From a virus, in the IMG/VR virus record IMGVR_UViG_3300021960_000030, positions 1 through 64,000 of that record: DNA of 64,000 nucleotides, one strand, 5' to 3'. The notes beneath the pieces are model-generated. The model saw nothing but the letters and a program-made list of their open reading frames with translations. It was not told where the DNA came from and made no database searches. This document shows, piece after piece, positions 18,572 through 33,500 of the stretch. The position numbers were made by a program, and so were the translations under genes. Position 1 is the first letter of the stretch, and the number at the start of each line of letters is the position of its first letter.

Positions 18572-21500
18572 GTGCGAAGATAGACGAGGGAACGAAGTTG
18601 GCGATCACGGTTGCACCCGTCTGTACCTTAAGGACAGAGGAGTTGGAGTAGACAGGTGTTGCGCCTGCGTATGTGATTGCAACTCTATATTCATCACCAT
18701 CATCACCCTGAATGGTGCTGCTGGTTGTGTAGATGGACTGGTTAGCACCGATGATGTTGTTCCAATCCGTTTCACCGTAGTTCTTCTTCTGCCACTGATA
18801 GTTCAGACCCTCGGTCACGCCCAGGGGATCGCCATCAGCAGCGTTGAACACTGCGATCACGTTGAACACTGCGGTTTGACCCTGGTTCACGGTGATGTTC
18901 AGAGGTTGACGTGTGATCTGGATTGCACCCGATTCGATGGTGATTGTTTCACCAGTGGTGGCGTCAATCGCCTCACCCGCGTAGACATCGAAACCACCGT
19001 TGATCGGAGCGCCCTGAGGCGTTGTGAAGTCATCGGCAACCGTTGTCAGAACGCTGACTGTAGGCAGTGCATAACCAACACCAGGGGTCTTAACTTGGAT
19101 GCTCGCGACACCCATTTGTGCACGTACGCGACCGTCAAAACCACTGGAGGAGATCACGTCCACATTCGGGCGTGTGGTGTAACCGTTGCCAGGGTTGGTG
19201 ATGATTGCTGCGGAGAGCGTACCTTGGCGAATGTTAGCCAACGCGGCAGCGTTGCGACCCTTGACTGTGCCTGTGTACTCGAAGGTAACCAGCGAGTTGG
19301 AGGATTCAATCAGAGCGACCTCACGAGGTTCCAGTTCGTTTTCACCTTCGATGAAGAGTTGGTCACCTGCTTCGATCGGGGGAACGACGGTTGCAGCAAT
19401 AACGTCCGCGTCAGAACCGATGTAGCTGAATGATACAAAGGTCGTGCCTGCGCGAGGAATCTCAGAGAAGATGATACGAGAACCAACGATTTCATAACCA
19501 ACGCCAGGTTCCTGAATGATGCCGTTGAGCGAAACGATGATGTTGTTCTCAGGCAGGATAGTGTTGGAAGAAACACCTTCCGTCAGGGTCAGGGAGTAGA
19601 AACCACCCTGATACTTGAGGTTGAACGAGGAGCGGAGCGAGTCAAACTCAAAGCTGATATCATCCAGTTGACGGAGTTTACCGATGTAGTAACCGATGAA
19701 CTCAGATCCAACTTCAGGTGCCTCTGTGAACGTAATCTCGTCAGAAGACGCGGTGTACGCGGCAGCAGCGCCAGGAGGTTGAAGGATGCCGTTCACGAAG
19801 ATCAGCATGTGACCTGCGGGGTCGGGCAGATATTGCTCACCGTTAGCGATGGTCAGTTTGAAGGTTGTTTGAGAACCATCGAAACCACGGAAGTAGCGGT
19901 TGACACGACCAATCAGATCGCGTGCGAGAGAAACACCTGCCTGCCAACCACCATCAGAAGTGATGGTCATGTTGGTCAGGAAGTCGCCCACAACTTCTTC
20001 CAACCAGCAGCGAGCAGTTGTACCTGTTTGCTCGATCTTGGCGATCTTACCGTAGGCAGAGTAAGTGGTTTCAACGAAGTTGCCCGAAGCAAAGATCAGC
20101 GGGAAGTTGTTGAGGTTTTCAAACTTACCAACGTTGTAACCGCCAGCACCGAATGTGTTAATCGGCAGGTTGCCGCCACCAGTTTGTACAGGCGAGGTGA
20201 GGTAGAGATCATTGATGCCATCATTGGGGCGATTGTCCCACTTGGAGACAGTTGCCGTGATGCCAGGTACCGCAATGGTAGTGCCTTGCAGCAGATAGAC
20301 GGTATCACCAGAGTTGAAGTTACCTGTGTAACCCGTATCGCGTGAAACGCTAGTGAGGGACAGTTTGTAGACTTTCTGACCGTGCACGTATGTGTTGACG
20401 GAGATTGCCTGACCGTTATCCTCAATACCAACCAGATCGAGGTACTTATCTGTGACGGAACCGTAGATCACATCACCAGGCGTCCATGCGCTGTTGATTG
20501 TCTCAACGTCCATGGTGATACGACCACCACCCGTTCCGATAAGAACACCACGCTTGTCGTTATACACGTCAATGTATGCTTCGGTAGCGGTGTCTTTCTT
20601 GAACAACCAGTCACCCTGAGTGAAGATACCCGTCTTGGTGTTCAGCAGCAGACGATCTTCTGCAACTGCCGTTACGGTTGCGGTTGCACCCGAATCGATA
20701 CCTTCGAGGATATCTCCTTGAGAGATAGTACCCTGCAGGGTTTCAATCTTGATCCAACCGTTGTCAAACTCGTCGGGAGTGACGTGCTGCATAACGTAAC
20801 CGTTGTTGCCTGTGGAACCCTGAACCACGACTTGCTCACCATCGATGAATGTAGTCGTGGACATTGTTTCAAGACCATAGTATTTGAAGGTCTTAACAAC
20901 TTTTGCGTTATTGATAAATGTAGATGATACTTCAGCAGAAGTACCAGTTGTTGTGCCCACGAGCACGTCAGCGATATTAAATCCAGCAGAAATGGGAGTC
21001 TGGATATCGCGGATGCCGAAGTCGTTAGTGACGCGAGTAACACCTGCACGACGAGCAGTAAAGAACTGCTGGTTACCTGTGTTTGTGGTATCAAGAGTGA
21101 AGTCACGGAAGCGAGCATCATGCTTGGGCATACGGGAGATTTCAAACCACTGTGCCTCAGCATTGAGGACGTAGTAGAAGTCTTGATCGTTTGCACCATC
21201 CAGAGAAGTTGCAGATGCCAGAACGTACTTCAGAACATCGCCACGGCGGAAGAAGTTGGTACGGTTGATGCGTACGCGGTTTTCTTCACGCTCCCAACCA
21301 ACTTCGATTGTCGGTGTGAGCAGAACCAGAGCGGGATCTGTGTTGTAGTCTTCACCTTCGTTGTAGGAGTTGTTGAGGTTTTGAACGTCAGTGGAAGCAA
21401 CGAATGTGACCACGTTATCCGAGGGGAATGTGCCACGCTCGATAGCAAACTCCAGGCAGTTGAGCGAGGAGTCCATGTTGAACTCGGTGCTCTCCTGATC

Positions 21501-24500
21501 CCACTCCAGGCGAGGAGTATAACCTTGGACCTGTTCAGGACTCCAAACATCGTACGGAGTCCAGGCAGGATTGTCAAAGTTGAACATCACATCCTTCGCG
21601 TACTCACGAACCTTGTTCATGCAGTACAGGAGGCGGATTCTCTGGATAGTGGGGTAAGCGATGAAGTTGCCTTCGCCGTCAAACCACTCATTTGCAAGTT
21701 TGAATGCACCTGCGTTACCGCCAGTAGCGATGTCATAGATACATGCTTCAAGAACATCCTGGGCATATGCCAGATCAGGAATATTGCCAGAAGGATATTG
21801 TGCCAGGGTTGCTGCCACAGCACGACCAGTAATCGCGTGATCATTCTTGCGAATAAACTCTGCAGTCAGGCGGTTCGAGTAGGAACCAGAACCCAGACTA
21901 TCCAGCATCAGATCAAACAGAGTCCATGCAGCATCAATCACGTTGTAGCAAGTGTATTGCTGATACAGAGTGTTAGTAAATCCGTCTGTGGGAACTGTTC
22001 TGGTGATGCTTTGCAGGTAGTTGGACGGGGAAGATGCACTTGCGTCGGTGATTGTCTGCAGAACGATATCAAACAGATCGTTGATAACAACTGCGACGTT
22101 CTGGCAAGTATTACCCCAAGAAGATGCCGACTGATCGTATGTGATTGTAAGATCACGCTCAGCAGAGTCGGCGGTGTACTTCATCGGCCAGATTGTTGGC
22201 AGAGTACGAGTAACGCCACCCAGAGTGGTGTAGTTGGTGATTGTGTCGGTAACGATGCCGAACAGGTCGTTGATCGAAGACTCAACGTTTGAACATGCAC
22301 CACCACCAGGAGGAACCGTACGGGATGCGTGGTTCATGTTGCCATTCACCACAGCGTCGGTAACGATCGACAGCAGCGTTGTAGCAGCAGAAACCTCAGT
22401 CGGACATGCGGGTTGGGTCACGTCAGCAGTGATCGTGAGATCTCTGTACTGAGTCAGAGTTGTGCGACCTGCTGCATTCCAGGAGTTTGCTGCAACGGGT
22501 TGGATGTTACGGATAACATCGGGCAGGATGCTGCTGTTGATGTAGTTGAAGATCGCCTGTGTCCAACCGTTTTGGGGAGAACCGATGTGACCGTTCTGGA
22601 CATACTCGTTTGCGTAATCCCAGACGTAGGAGTTACCGCCGTAAGCGACGTGATATGCAACACCCTTCAGGATACGCTCAGTATCATCGATACAGGAGAC
22701 GGTGCCGTTGGGGATTGTCCAACCATTAGTTGCCACGAAGGTATTAACAACACCTTCTGCAATCCAGCGAGCGTTGTTGTAGATCAGATTGTATGCGTCA
22801 GCAGCACGGGAGCGGTTTGCAGTAGTGCCACCAGTCAGAGCATTCTCGTCCAGAGTCACATAGTCGCGGGTTCTGAACTTGTAGGGTTCGTAGTCGAGTT
22901 CGTCATAATACTTCTGCTCAAACCCGTGAACCTCGTTACCAGTGTTGATAACGGGTACTGCACGCATGACCTGAATCGCAATGTCGCGTGCCTGATTGAA
23001 GGCATACACAGACTCGGTGGATTGAGATGCAACGTGCTGGAGACCTGCAGTGCCCACATAGAACTCAGCAGCGTCATAGACCATGTTGTTGCCGCCGTAC
23101 TTCATGTTGAAGACGATTGCATTCAGGGTATCTGCGATGTCATGAACACAGTTGATGTTGCCACCAGGGATCACGAGAGCAGGATACTGAACGGTTGTGC
23201 GATAGACTGCTTCCTCAGCGATGAAACGGATATTTCTGTCAAGGATGTTTGCAGCATCAACATAGCGAGATGCAACACCGTTCTGATCGTAGGACTCAAC
23301 GCTAGGATCATTTTCCTCACCAGCCCCATAGCCATAGATGTTATCGCGTCCGAATCCGTTACGCATTGCGAGGATACAAATATCTCTCGCCATCTTGTAT
23401 GCGTAGATGGATGCTTCTGCCTCACTTTCGATGTGGCGGAGGGAGTTATTTTCGGGTTCGATGTACAGTTCAGCAGCATCGTAAACCTTGCTGTTTCCAC
23501 CCAGGCGAATGTCATGGACAAGTGCCTCAATGAAACCAACAACGTCATCGATACAGTTTTGCTGACCGCCAGGAATCTGCAGATCTTGGAACTTAGCGAG
23601 GTCATTCATTCTCATGACTGCCTCAGTTGCAATCTGCTTTTTGTTCCTTTCAATCATGTCTGCTGCATCAATCAGCTGGTTGTTGTCAGCACGGTTGGCG
23701 TTGTAACCCTGAGGATCAACAGTAACACCGTGATCAATGTAAGGAACCTTTTGGGTATACTGAGCGATGTAGTAATCGTCAACATTTGTAGTACCCTGGG
23801 CAGGATTGGGTGCCTGACCGAACTGAACAAGCAGTTGGTTGATTGCTTTGGTGGAGAGGTACTTGGTGTAAGAGATTGCATCCAGCATCGGCAGCAGTTC
23901 TTCGCTGACGTGGAGGATATCTTGCTCACCATTCAGGTAGAAGTCGATAACTTCGTTAACTGCAGCATTGCCACCTGTGAGCAGGTCAGCGATGATTGCA
24001 GGAATGATGTACTGCTTGATATCGCGGATACAGATCTGACCGTTGTTACCACCAGGAATCTGCAGTTTGTCGTAGTAGGTACCGTTGATGGTAACTTCCC
24101 ACTTATTCTCAATGTAACCAACGACTTCCTCAGCGATGTAATCTCTGTTCAACCACAGAGCATCACCAGCGTCGCGGAAGCGGTCGCCCGTAGGTGCGAG
24201 GATGTTCAGAATGTTCTGAGTCAGTGCGTCAATATTGTCAAGAACTTGCTGAGTAGCAGCAGTACCAGTTAGAGGAATACGGAGTTTTTCGCTGTAGGTA
24301 TCTGTAAGATCCGTGTCTGTAGTGGTGACAACATACTTACAAAGTTCACCTGCTTGTTCCCATGCGTACAGGGATTGCAGAAGTTCTTTGCCGATAAACT
24401 CAAGACTTCCATCCTTCTCCAGGTAACCCTTGGCCGCGACGGTTGTGTAATAGTCGCCGCCATACTTCAGATCTTTGATGATAGCGTCGAGAATAAACTC

Positions 24501-27500
24501 TTCAGTATCACGGAGACAGTAGTATGTGCCCTGATAGGTATTGGTTGCAGGATCGTCACCAGGCATCACGAAGTCGGAATACTTCGCCTTCATGCGACCA
24601 ACAGCGACCTCAGCGATCCACTTATCGTTCTTAAGAATGAGATCTGCAGCATTGCGATGAGAGTCACGACCCAGGTCGATGTCCTCAACAATCACACGCT
24701 TGTCTTCGTAATCGATTCTCTTGGCAGTTGCAGAGGATACTGTCTGACCACTGAACTGAGCATAAACCTCAGAGGTGGAGACAATAAACGGTTGCTCCGC
24801 ATTCAGACCCAGAACGATTCTTTCATCATCCCAGTTATTGCTGGTAGGTGCAGTGAATCCTGCAGTGTACTTGGCATAACCCTTGTAGACTGCAATCTGA
24901 TCAGCGTTACCGATGAATCCATTGGAACCTGTCAGGTTAGAACCAACGTAGCAAGGACCCCAACCGAAATCATCGTTGTTTGTGGCACTACCACCTGCCT
25001 GAACACCATCCACGTATGCGAGCATCACTCCAGATGTTCTGACGACTGCAACGTGGTGCCAGGTGTTTGCAGTGAATACCGCGTTGGAGATGATCACAAG
25101 GTTGCCAGAACCACTGTAGACACGCAGAGTGTCATTGTTAATCTCAACCATCAGACCTGTGCCAGCAGTGCGACGCAGATCAAACAGTGTTTGCTGACCA
25201 ACAATACCAGTCGGATAGAACCAACCTTCCAGGGTGAAATCGCCTGTGCCGAAGTCAAAGTCATAGGACTCTGCTTGCTTCAACCAGGAGTTTGCAACAA
25301 ACTTCAGAGACTTAGTGCTGTTTGCCAAGTCAGTCTTGACGTTCAGAACACTCTGAGTAACTTGTGCAGCACCAGGGTTTGTGAGAGTGGAGTTTGTGAT
25401 GTACTCATCGGCAGCAAATGTGCCACCAACGCCTGCGCTGGTTGCGAACAACCACTTCAGACCAGAGTTCACGCCTTCCAGAGACATGGTTGTTCCAGAA
25501 GTCACGCCACGGACATTATCAAGTCTGTTGAACAAACCAGTGGACTTGTTCTTGTATGCAATCTTAATGACACGAACAGTTTCACCATCTCTGAAGGAAC
25601 CATCGTCGATGGAGGACAGAGCGTTGATATTTGCAAGTGTTTGATTGTTGATTGCAGTAGTTGCAATGGTTGTCAGAGTATCGATAGTGGACTGAACGTC
25701 AGCACAGTTTGTATCGGACTGATTATTACCATTTGCATAGTTGACATCATAGTCATGACCAGGAGCAGTACCACCGTAGGATGCGGGATCATTCAGGATT
25801 GTCAGATCTTTTTCATACAGCAGGTTGTTGATTGCTCTCTTAGCGAGATCGCGTGCCTTGTTTAGAGCAGTGATGGTTTCTGCTTCTTCACCTGCAACGC
25901 CATTGCTAATGAATGTGCCGTTCTGGAAGTAGAAGCGTGCCCATGTAACAACACCCAAGTTGCCACCCTGACCAACGTCAGATGCAAGACCATCAACGAA
26001 GTAACCAACGTCACGACGGCACTTGTCCTCAGTTGCATTGTAGGAGGGTTCTTCGGGATCGATATCCTCAAAGTCCTGATTACCAAGAAGTGTTTCGGTG
26101 ATCGCTGTCGCCAGAGTATCAACTGCAGCACGAACGTCTGCACAAGCAGCAGTATCAGTGTTGCTGATCGTGCCAGGTGCACCATATGTAGCGCCACCTT
26201 CGGTAACGGTCAGATCTTGATACTTGGTATAGACCACAGCATCGATTGTCTCTGTGCCGAACAGTTGGTTTGTGATGGCATCTGCCATGTAATCTGCAGC
26301 ACGTCCGTATGCCCAGGTAGTCTCGGCAAGTTGTTGGTTGATGTAACCAAGTCCTTGAGATGTGTAGTACATCTGGATGAACTTGCGAGCATACTTATTA
26401 CCACCTGCATACATGTCATATGCAACTGCATCGATGAAGTGACCCAGGTCACGCTTGCACTTATCAGAGTTAGGTACCACCAGAGAGGGGTACTGCAGGA
26501 TCATATCTTGATAGGTCTTAGCAACAATCCAAGACTTGTTCTTGATTACCAGACGATATCCATCACGGAATCTAGAACGAGGATCGGTTTGAGGTTGACC
26601 AGGATAGTAGAAGTCTTCATGCTCAACTGAGATTTCTGCAGTTGCGAAGTCAATGATCTCATCCTTCGATGCTGCAATACGATTTCTAGCATCATAGTAG
26701 CGAGGTGCAGCGGTGCCGTATGCAGCACCGTAGATTGGGTTGTTATAGAAGACCTTGATGTTACGGATCTCATCGCCATTGCCAAAGACGCCGTTTGTAA
26801 GGTTGGTGTATGTGACCTCAGAAGAGCGAACTTCTTCAAAGTCAAGGAAGTAAGCGTTGATACGCTCTTCATCATCAAAGAGTTCTGTAGGTGTGATTGT
26901 GGACTTGGAAATGTCGTCCAGCAGGATGTTCGGATAGCTGGTGCTAACGATACGCTCGAAGAGCAGACCATAGAAGGAGGAACCAGCAGTCAAGATCTGC
27001 TCACCAACAACGTCGTTGGTAACGGGATCTCTATAAGGTGCCAGGAATGTGATGCGTGCTGCCAGGCTGGAACGAGTGGAGTAGACGATATCCTGCAGAC
27101 GGAAGTCAAATACGCCAGTCTCATACTTAGCAGTACCAGTTGTCTTGCTAACAACGATTGCACTGTTGGGATCGCCATTTTCATCCAAGTTAATCGCGTT
27201 GACCTGGGCAGTCGGGTTGCCACGGGAGCGATTTGTGCAGACCAGAGTTTCATCAAACTCATACAGTGTGGACTGTGTGAGAACGGTTTGAGAAGCAATC
27301 AGTGCACTGAATCCGAGAGCGGAAACATCGATTCTTTCGTTATTTTGGAAAGGACCGCCAACGATTGCGACAATATCGATTGTATTGGTACCCGATGCAA
27401 CAACAGTTCCAAGAGCATCGCTAGCAGCACCAGAGACTTGATAACCAATCTCAGGATAGATGCCAGAAACATCAGACAGGTTCAAGCGAGTAATGGTCAA

Positions 27501-30500
27501 GAACTCAAGACCCACATCACGATAGACAACCTTAGAAGGTGCCTTCGGTGCTTCCTTGAACACAATCTGACCACCAACTACATCATATGCATCGACAGGT
27601 GCCTGAATGATGCCGTTCAGTGTGATGAGCAACTGGTTGTTCTTAACGATAACCTGCTCGCCCTCAACCGTCAGGTTGAAACCAGTCTGAATACCGTCAA
27701 ACTCACCAGAGATATCATCAAGTTTCTTAACGATAGAGGTGAGGATTTCCTCAGAGTTGGTCAAACGCTTCTTACGGAAGAGAACTTCAGTATTGTTGAA
27801 GTCTGAGTAGATGGGTTGAGCAGCACCGAAAGATGTAACTTGGTTAACGTTGGTGTACTCGTTGATGTTCACCTGTTTGATGAACTCAGTACCAACCTTA
27901 CGACCAGAGATATCCTTACCGCCAGTCAGTTGAAGCTGACCGAACATATTGAAACCAGTCGGGTGGTTGTTCTCAAGGATTTGCTCACGCCAACGGTTGA
28001 TGGGAATCGTGGACTTAATAACGTAGGAGAAGTTCTGATAGAAGTAAGAGTCCTGAATCTTCTGAACGATTTCGGAAGGCTTACCAACGTCATCGATGAA
28101 CTTACCAGGAGTTTGTGTCAGGGAGTCAATATTCAGAACGCCCTTAGCAAGGGAAACGTTGTCAATGACGCCAGATGCACGAGACACAGAACCATTAACA
28201 CGCTCACCAACAACAAAGTTGCCAGTAGCATTTACGAGTTTCAGGATCTTAGGACCAATCTGCCAACCATTGTTTTCGGAAACGAAAGCAGTGACGGTTG
28301 CATCTTCTTCACTATCGCCTTGGTAAACCTTTTCACCCTCAAGGAAGCGAGATGTTTCGACAACTGCCTTTGCTCTACCACCGAATACCTCAGTAAGCAG
28401 AACTTGGCGACCAGCACCTTGGGTCAAGAATGTGATGAAGTTACCAGACTCAGCGTCGGCAGGAGTCAGTGCAAAGCGGAGTTGATCACCTTCCAGAGAG
28501 TTGGTCTCACCAGCAATCGCATAGTAGATCTGACCCACCACCAAACTGGTCAAACCAGCAGAACTTGGTTTCGGCAGTTCGCCAACAGTATTACCCACAT
28601 CATCTGCACGGAACTGAACAGCAGCACCGTTAGTAATGCCGTGAGGGAAGTTGAACTGCAGGTAGTTCAGGTCGAGGTTAACGACGTAGTTGAACTCAGA
28701 CTTCAGAGTCACACTGGGTTCCGAAGAGTAACCAGCACCAGGATTCTTGATCTGAATCTCACTCAGACGGTTGTTCTTAACGATTGCAACTGCTTCAGCA
28801 CCAACACCACCACCACCTTCGATGATAACCGCAGGAGCAGAGGTATAACCAGCACCAGGATCAGTGATGGTGATTTGGGACAGAATGGAGGTATTGAAGA
28901 GTTGCAGGTTGATCGGGAAGGTGATCTCAGGTTTCAGAGTGTAGTCATGGGAATAACCATAACCAAACTCATTGTTCTTGAGTTTCTTGATCTTACCGAT
29001 GTTCTTACCTGTCAAGAAGACAGATGCACCGCTACCCTCATCGGGAATGATGACACCCAGGTCAGCACCAGAACCAGTCAGTGTGGGACCAAGGATGCCT
29101 TGGATACCATCCACATCGACGGTTGCAACTGTGTATCCTTTACCAGGATCGGTAACTACAACGCTAACGATTGTGCCAGAACCGATTTCTTCGTCAACTT
29201 CAACAGTGATGCGGCAGAGACCACCTTCACCATCACCATTGATGGGTACTTGATCATATGTGCCGATAGCATATTCAGAACCACCAGACAAGATCTCAAC
29301 ACGTTCAATCTGACGGAAAGATGCAATGTCGGAAATGATGGGCAGTTTTTGATAGAAACCACCAGCAGAGATCAGTTTGATGTCTGCAATAGGACCGATT
29401 GCTCTCTTGGATGTGGTGGAGTAATCGGAGTAAGGACGATTCTGATCATCGCTTCCAATCTCAGCATTAGTGTTCTCAGGTTCAAAGTCCAGAGGGAACT
29501 GGAACTCATTTGTAGAAACAATGCTAGAAACCTTATATGTTCCATCAAACGGTGTCTTCTTAACGTCGATGAACGAAGTACCACCCACAGGGGAGTTAGC
29601 ACCAGTTCTGGACGGGTCAAAGTAGTAGGAGATGTTAGTAACCTGACCATCAACCTTAAGTTTGACAAACGGAGCATTTGTTCCATCGTAAATACCAGGG
29701 GTGCCCTGACGTTCGATGTTGTTGAAGGAATACTCCAGTTTGAACTCGTTATCTTGAGAGAATGACAGATAGTAACCAAGGTTGCTGCTGTCGCTCATGT
29801 CAAACACATAGTTGTGGTTTCTGATGAGCAGCAGAGTGGGGTGCTTGGTGTAGATGTTTACACGAGCAATGCTGTTCTGCAAGAATCCTGGTTCGTTTGC
29901 AGGAACACCACGTACTTGGAAGGTAAAGTCTCTGGAGGAGAACACTTCCTTAACGAAGAAGGAACCGTTAAACTCGCTAGTGCTGAAACCTTCTGTGAAC
30001 AGAATGTCATTTGCTGAATATTTGTGTGCACTGTTAGCAACACAATAAACGAGGTCAGTTCTAGTCTGAGTTTTAACTAGGATTGTCTTATCAAGAACTG
30101 CAACCAGGGAGATCTGCTTGACGCTACCAACACCATTGATTTGAAGAATGGTGGGTGCATCTTCCTTAGGATTGACAGTAACAGAACCGCCGATGCTCAG
30201 GTTGTCATTAGCAATGAAGTTAGAATCGCTGTAGATCTCATCAACAGTGATGGAATACCAGTTTTCACCAGCATCAAACTCCTTAAAGGTTGCATAGTCG
30301 CTCAGAGGATCATATGTCAGAGTATGCTCCCACTGAACTGTACCGTCAGTCGCGGTGCCAGTAGAGTGTGTCGGAGGATTCTGGGAGGTACGACCTGCAC
30401 CAACACAGGTATACTTGTTTCTACCGTAGTAGACAACAGCACCGATGTCATAGATTTTGAGTTTTTCCCAAAGAGGATCCTTAGGAGTAGGATATGCAGT

Positions 30501-33500
30501 ATTTGCAAGATCTACTTCAATCGGAGTATTGCCAGTTGTGGTAAAGTCCCAAGAAACGCCACCATCGCTTGCATTGCCTGTTGTGTGGACTGGTTCATTA
30601 GTACCAGCGGTACCGTTGGTGCTCGCTGTGTAGATATTGCCTGCCGAGTAAACTTGATCACCAGCAATGTAAGAAGCAGCTTGCTCCCACTCAGGAATAT
30701 CACGAGCAACGGTGAATGTGATGCCAGCGATAACATTCAGACCAGTGTCAGTTGCACTGGTGCTTCTGATCTTATCAGTGAGGTTGAATGTTGCTGCAGC
30801 GGGGAAGATATTACCGATCCTGTAGGTTGTGCCAAGACCAGGATTCTCAATGGTCCCTGCAGGAATCTCAACGATAGTGCCGTAACGCTGGGTAGTACCC
30901 TGATCGTTGTACTGTTGCAGGATTTCGCCCTTAGTAAAGCGGACTTCCTGATTAAATGTCAGTTGTTGGACACTATCAATCTTCTGATATCTTGCATCCT
31001 TGATGTAATACTTCGGTGTTACAACAGGAATCAGGACAAGTCTCTTTCCACCAGGAGAAGGAACAGTAGAAGTTTTAGATCCATACAGAACTTGATCATA
31101 GTCAAATGTATAGATACCTGTCTGGAGTTGACTTGTAACCTCAGCATAATCGAGGATTTGCAGACCACCAGGACCAATCGCCCAGGTAGACATGAGGGGT
31201 TGTGTCTGGTTGTTGTAAGTCCAGTTTCCATCCGCAACAAATGCTACAGATGTGGAGTTGGGGAGATCAGTTAATGCAAATGTTCCACGACGATCGTGCT
31301 GTCTGTCGATCTTGTAGATAGAAACGCCAGAGTTGGTTGTTCTAATCGGAACTGCTGCAGTGGGCAGAGTGAACGATGCACCACTGTACTGACTGTCATC
31401 ATCGATTACAAAATCATCGATGTTGCCCAGAAGTGTAGTATAGGTTGTAGGAACCTTGATACCGCCGACATATACTTCATCGATGCCGATGTTTGTTGTG
31501 CTTCCAGACCACAGAGCGAGTTGCTGACCATTGACATAGCAAGCAAAGTCATATGCACCCAAGGTGGGTTGTGTCTTAGACAGAGCAATATGTACCCATG
31601 CATCGGCGGCAAATGTTGCCCAAACGGTAGCAGAGACAGATTCGGCAACTACATTGCTACCCTGCCAAAGAAGTTTCAGTTTTCCGTAAGAAGCACTGCC
31701 ACTGTCACCATCAACAAACAGTCTCAGAGTGTTGGAAGGATTGCTTCCATCATTAGGATGTGTCTCGAAGAATGTGGGTTGAGAGTTGTTGAGAGACTGA
31801 GTTGCAGTATCAATACGGAACCAACCCTGCAGAGTCCACTCAGAGGTGTTCAGATCCAGACTGGTAATACCGTAGTGGTTTGCTGCTTCCAGTTTTGTAG
31901 AACCAGTACCCCACTTATATGCAACTGCATCGATAGATGCATCGGTTGCGTTGTAGTATTGGGGTGTACCACGATTCAGTTTGGTCTCGTCAAATACATT
32001 GATTGTAGTTTGGACATCAAAGGTAATGTCAGAATAACCATATCCACCAAGTTGAGAATCGGTTACAGTCAGGGTGTTGCCAATCAGATAACCACGACCC
32101 GTCTTATTCATGCCAACGGTAACGATACCATTAGCAGCAACGTTAACGTCCAGAGTTGCATTAACACCGTTTCCACCAGCAGCACTGATATTGCTGTATG
32201 TGATGTCCTGCAGAGCTGCTACAGCAAAGGTCAGGTTGTTGCCACCAAAGTTGCCCAGTTGAGCATCGGTGATGGTGAAGGTATCTGCAACTTGATATTC
32301 TTGACCAGGGTTGTTAACAACGGGGGTTGCAAGACCAGTACCGTCAACAGTGACGTTGAATGTTGCATATTGACCCGTGCCATTCGTGGTTGCCGAGACA
32401 TTATTGTAGGTATGACCCTGAATAGATGCCACAGTCATTTGAAGATTGGGTGCACCAGTGTTCCCCAACTGAGAGTCAGGAATGGTGACTACATCATTCA
32501 GAACAAAGTTTTGTCCACGGTTGACAGGTGTCAGTGATGTAAAGTTGCCAAGATTGTCAAGAGTGATATTGAAAGTTGCACCAGTACCACCACCAAATCC
32601 ATTGTTTGTAGATGTCCAGGTAGAAATACCAGAGTATGTGATGCCATTTGTAGCAGTCACATTGAATGTGAAGTTTGCGGCACCTCTGTTGCCCAGTTCA
32701 GAATCGGAGATGGTGACAGTTTCACCAGCAACAAATCCATTACCAGTGTTAGTGATATTGACAAGAATGATTGCACCACTACTATCAACAGTGATGGCAA
32801 ACTGTGCTCCAGTACCAGAACCAGTAGAGGTGTAGTTAGATACGTTGTAGATTGCACCACCACCAACAGAAGAAACCTCGGCAGTGATATTAGAAGCACC
32901 AGTATTGCCAACGTCAGCATCAGCGATTGTGATTGTATCGCCAACAACATAACCATTACCAGGACTTGTAACGTTCAGGAACGCAACAGAACCATCTGCA
33001 TTGATAGTTACCTGCAGTGTCAATCCAGAACCAAGTCCATTGGTTGTTGTTGCAACGTTGCTATACAGAGGAGGTGCCTTAATCGTAGCAACATCAAATG
33101 TAAGGTCTGCAGCACCACTGTTACCCAGTGAACTATCTGCAATGGTAATGGTGTCACCAACTGCATACGACAGACCAGCAGGGTTGCCAGATACGACAGA
33201 TGCAGCACCAGAAGCATCGATAGTTACATTGAATACTGCTCCAGTACCAATACCAGTTGTAGAAGTTACAGGAACATTGGTATATGTCGAAGGTGCAGTG
33301 ATTGTTGCAACATTAAATGTCAGGTTCGCCGCACCATTGTTACCCAACAGAGTGTCACTAATCGTGACTGTATTACCTGCGGCATAAGCAAGACCACCTT
33401 GATTGACCTGTACAACGGTAGCTGCACCAACACCATCGATGGTGACATTAAATGTTGCATTTACGCCAACCCCATTGTTTGTGCTAGCAACGTTGGTATA

